Shown one piece after another: positions 63,358 through 64,000 of a DNA stretch of 64,000 nt. Every line of letters begins with the position of its first letter. Position 1 is the stretch's first letter. The DNA comes from Eledone cirrhosa (Eukaryota), in contig OZ024745.1 of the NCBI GenBank assembly GCA_964016885.1, positions 47,554,001 through 47,618,000 on the forward strand. The letters are read 5' to 3'. The notes under the pieces are model-generated. The model did not search any database. It saw only the letters and a program-made list of their open reading frames with translations, and was not told the DNA's origin. A program made the translations under genes and the position numbers.

Positions 63358-63926
63358 ATAAAGAAAAAAAGATGAAATCGAAAATGCAACTGGAGTCTTA
63401 TTTTTTTTTAAATATATATATTTATTAGGTTCCTTTACCGGTTTTGCAGTTCTTCTGCTTTTCAAAAGTAGAGTTGAGATGGAGGGTCTGTGGTTTTTCT
63501 CACATCTGGTTGGTCTCTGAATGTTACTTGTTTTATATGGAAAAAAGTGGCTCGAAATGCCAGGTTTTTAGAGAAGTAATTTGATTGGTTGGTCAATAAT
63601 TATAATAAATTTCGCGCCTCACACACACTGTTTGAAGAACTTTGTAACACGAACTGGCGCAAAATTTATTATAATTATTGACCAACCAATCAAATTACTT
63701 CTCTAAAAACTTCTCTAAAAACCTGGCATTTCGAGCCACTTTTTTCCATATAAAACAAGTAACATTCAGAGACCAACCAGATGTGAGAAAAACCACAGAC
63801 CCTCTATCTCAACTCTACTTTTGAAAAGCAGAAGAACTGCAAAACCGGTAAAGGAACCAAATAAATATATATATTTTTTTTAAAATAAGACTCCAGTTGC
63901 ATTTTCGATTTCATTTGTTTTTCTAT
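63358..63926. repeat. long inverted repeat with arms of about 260 bp and a 37-bp spacer
   Basis: arms end ...ttcgcgcc (63618) and begin ggcgc (63656); few mismatches; a 12-bp duplication (ttctctaaaaac) in the right arm. Confidence 0.95.
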
Positions 63927-64000
63927 ATATATATATATATCATATATAAAGAAAAAAATATACACACACACACACACACACACATATGCCTGTGAGGAGC

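Overview
AT-rich, microsatellite-laden eukaryotic DNA. Its repeat repertoire suggests a coleoid cephalopod, probably octopus; this is inference. The + strand carries the C-terminal half of an unc-80 (NALCN channelosome subunit) gene as 28 phase-consistent GT-AG exons (1..47691), plus an uncertain last exon near 51978. Introns hold an RTE-clade LINE in two opposite-orientation copies, Tx1/L1-like fragments, two mariner elements, a DD37D (maT) element, TTAA-flanked MITEs and many tRNA-type SINEs. Main finding: seven type I hammerhead-ribozyme motifs from three sequence families cluster at 60.8-62.9 kb. Four of them lie in a 310-bp tandem repeat folded into a 537-bp-arm inverted duplication (retrozyme or Penelope pLTR-like). 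Other findings: a 15-nt in-frame candidate neural microexon, an inverted LINE pair flanking a frame-preserving 537-nt exon block, and several large palindromes inserted in (TA)n tracts. All calls were made by eye, with no searches or folding run.
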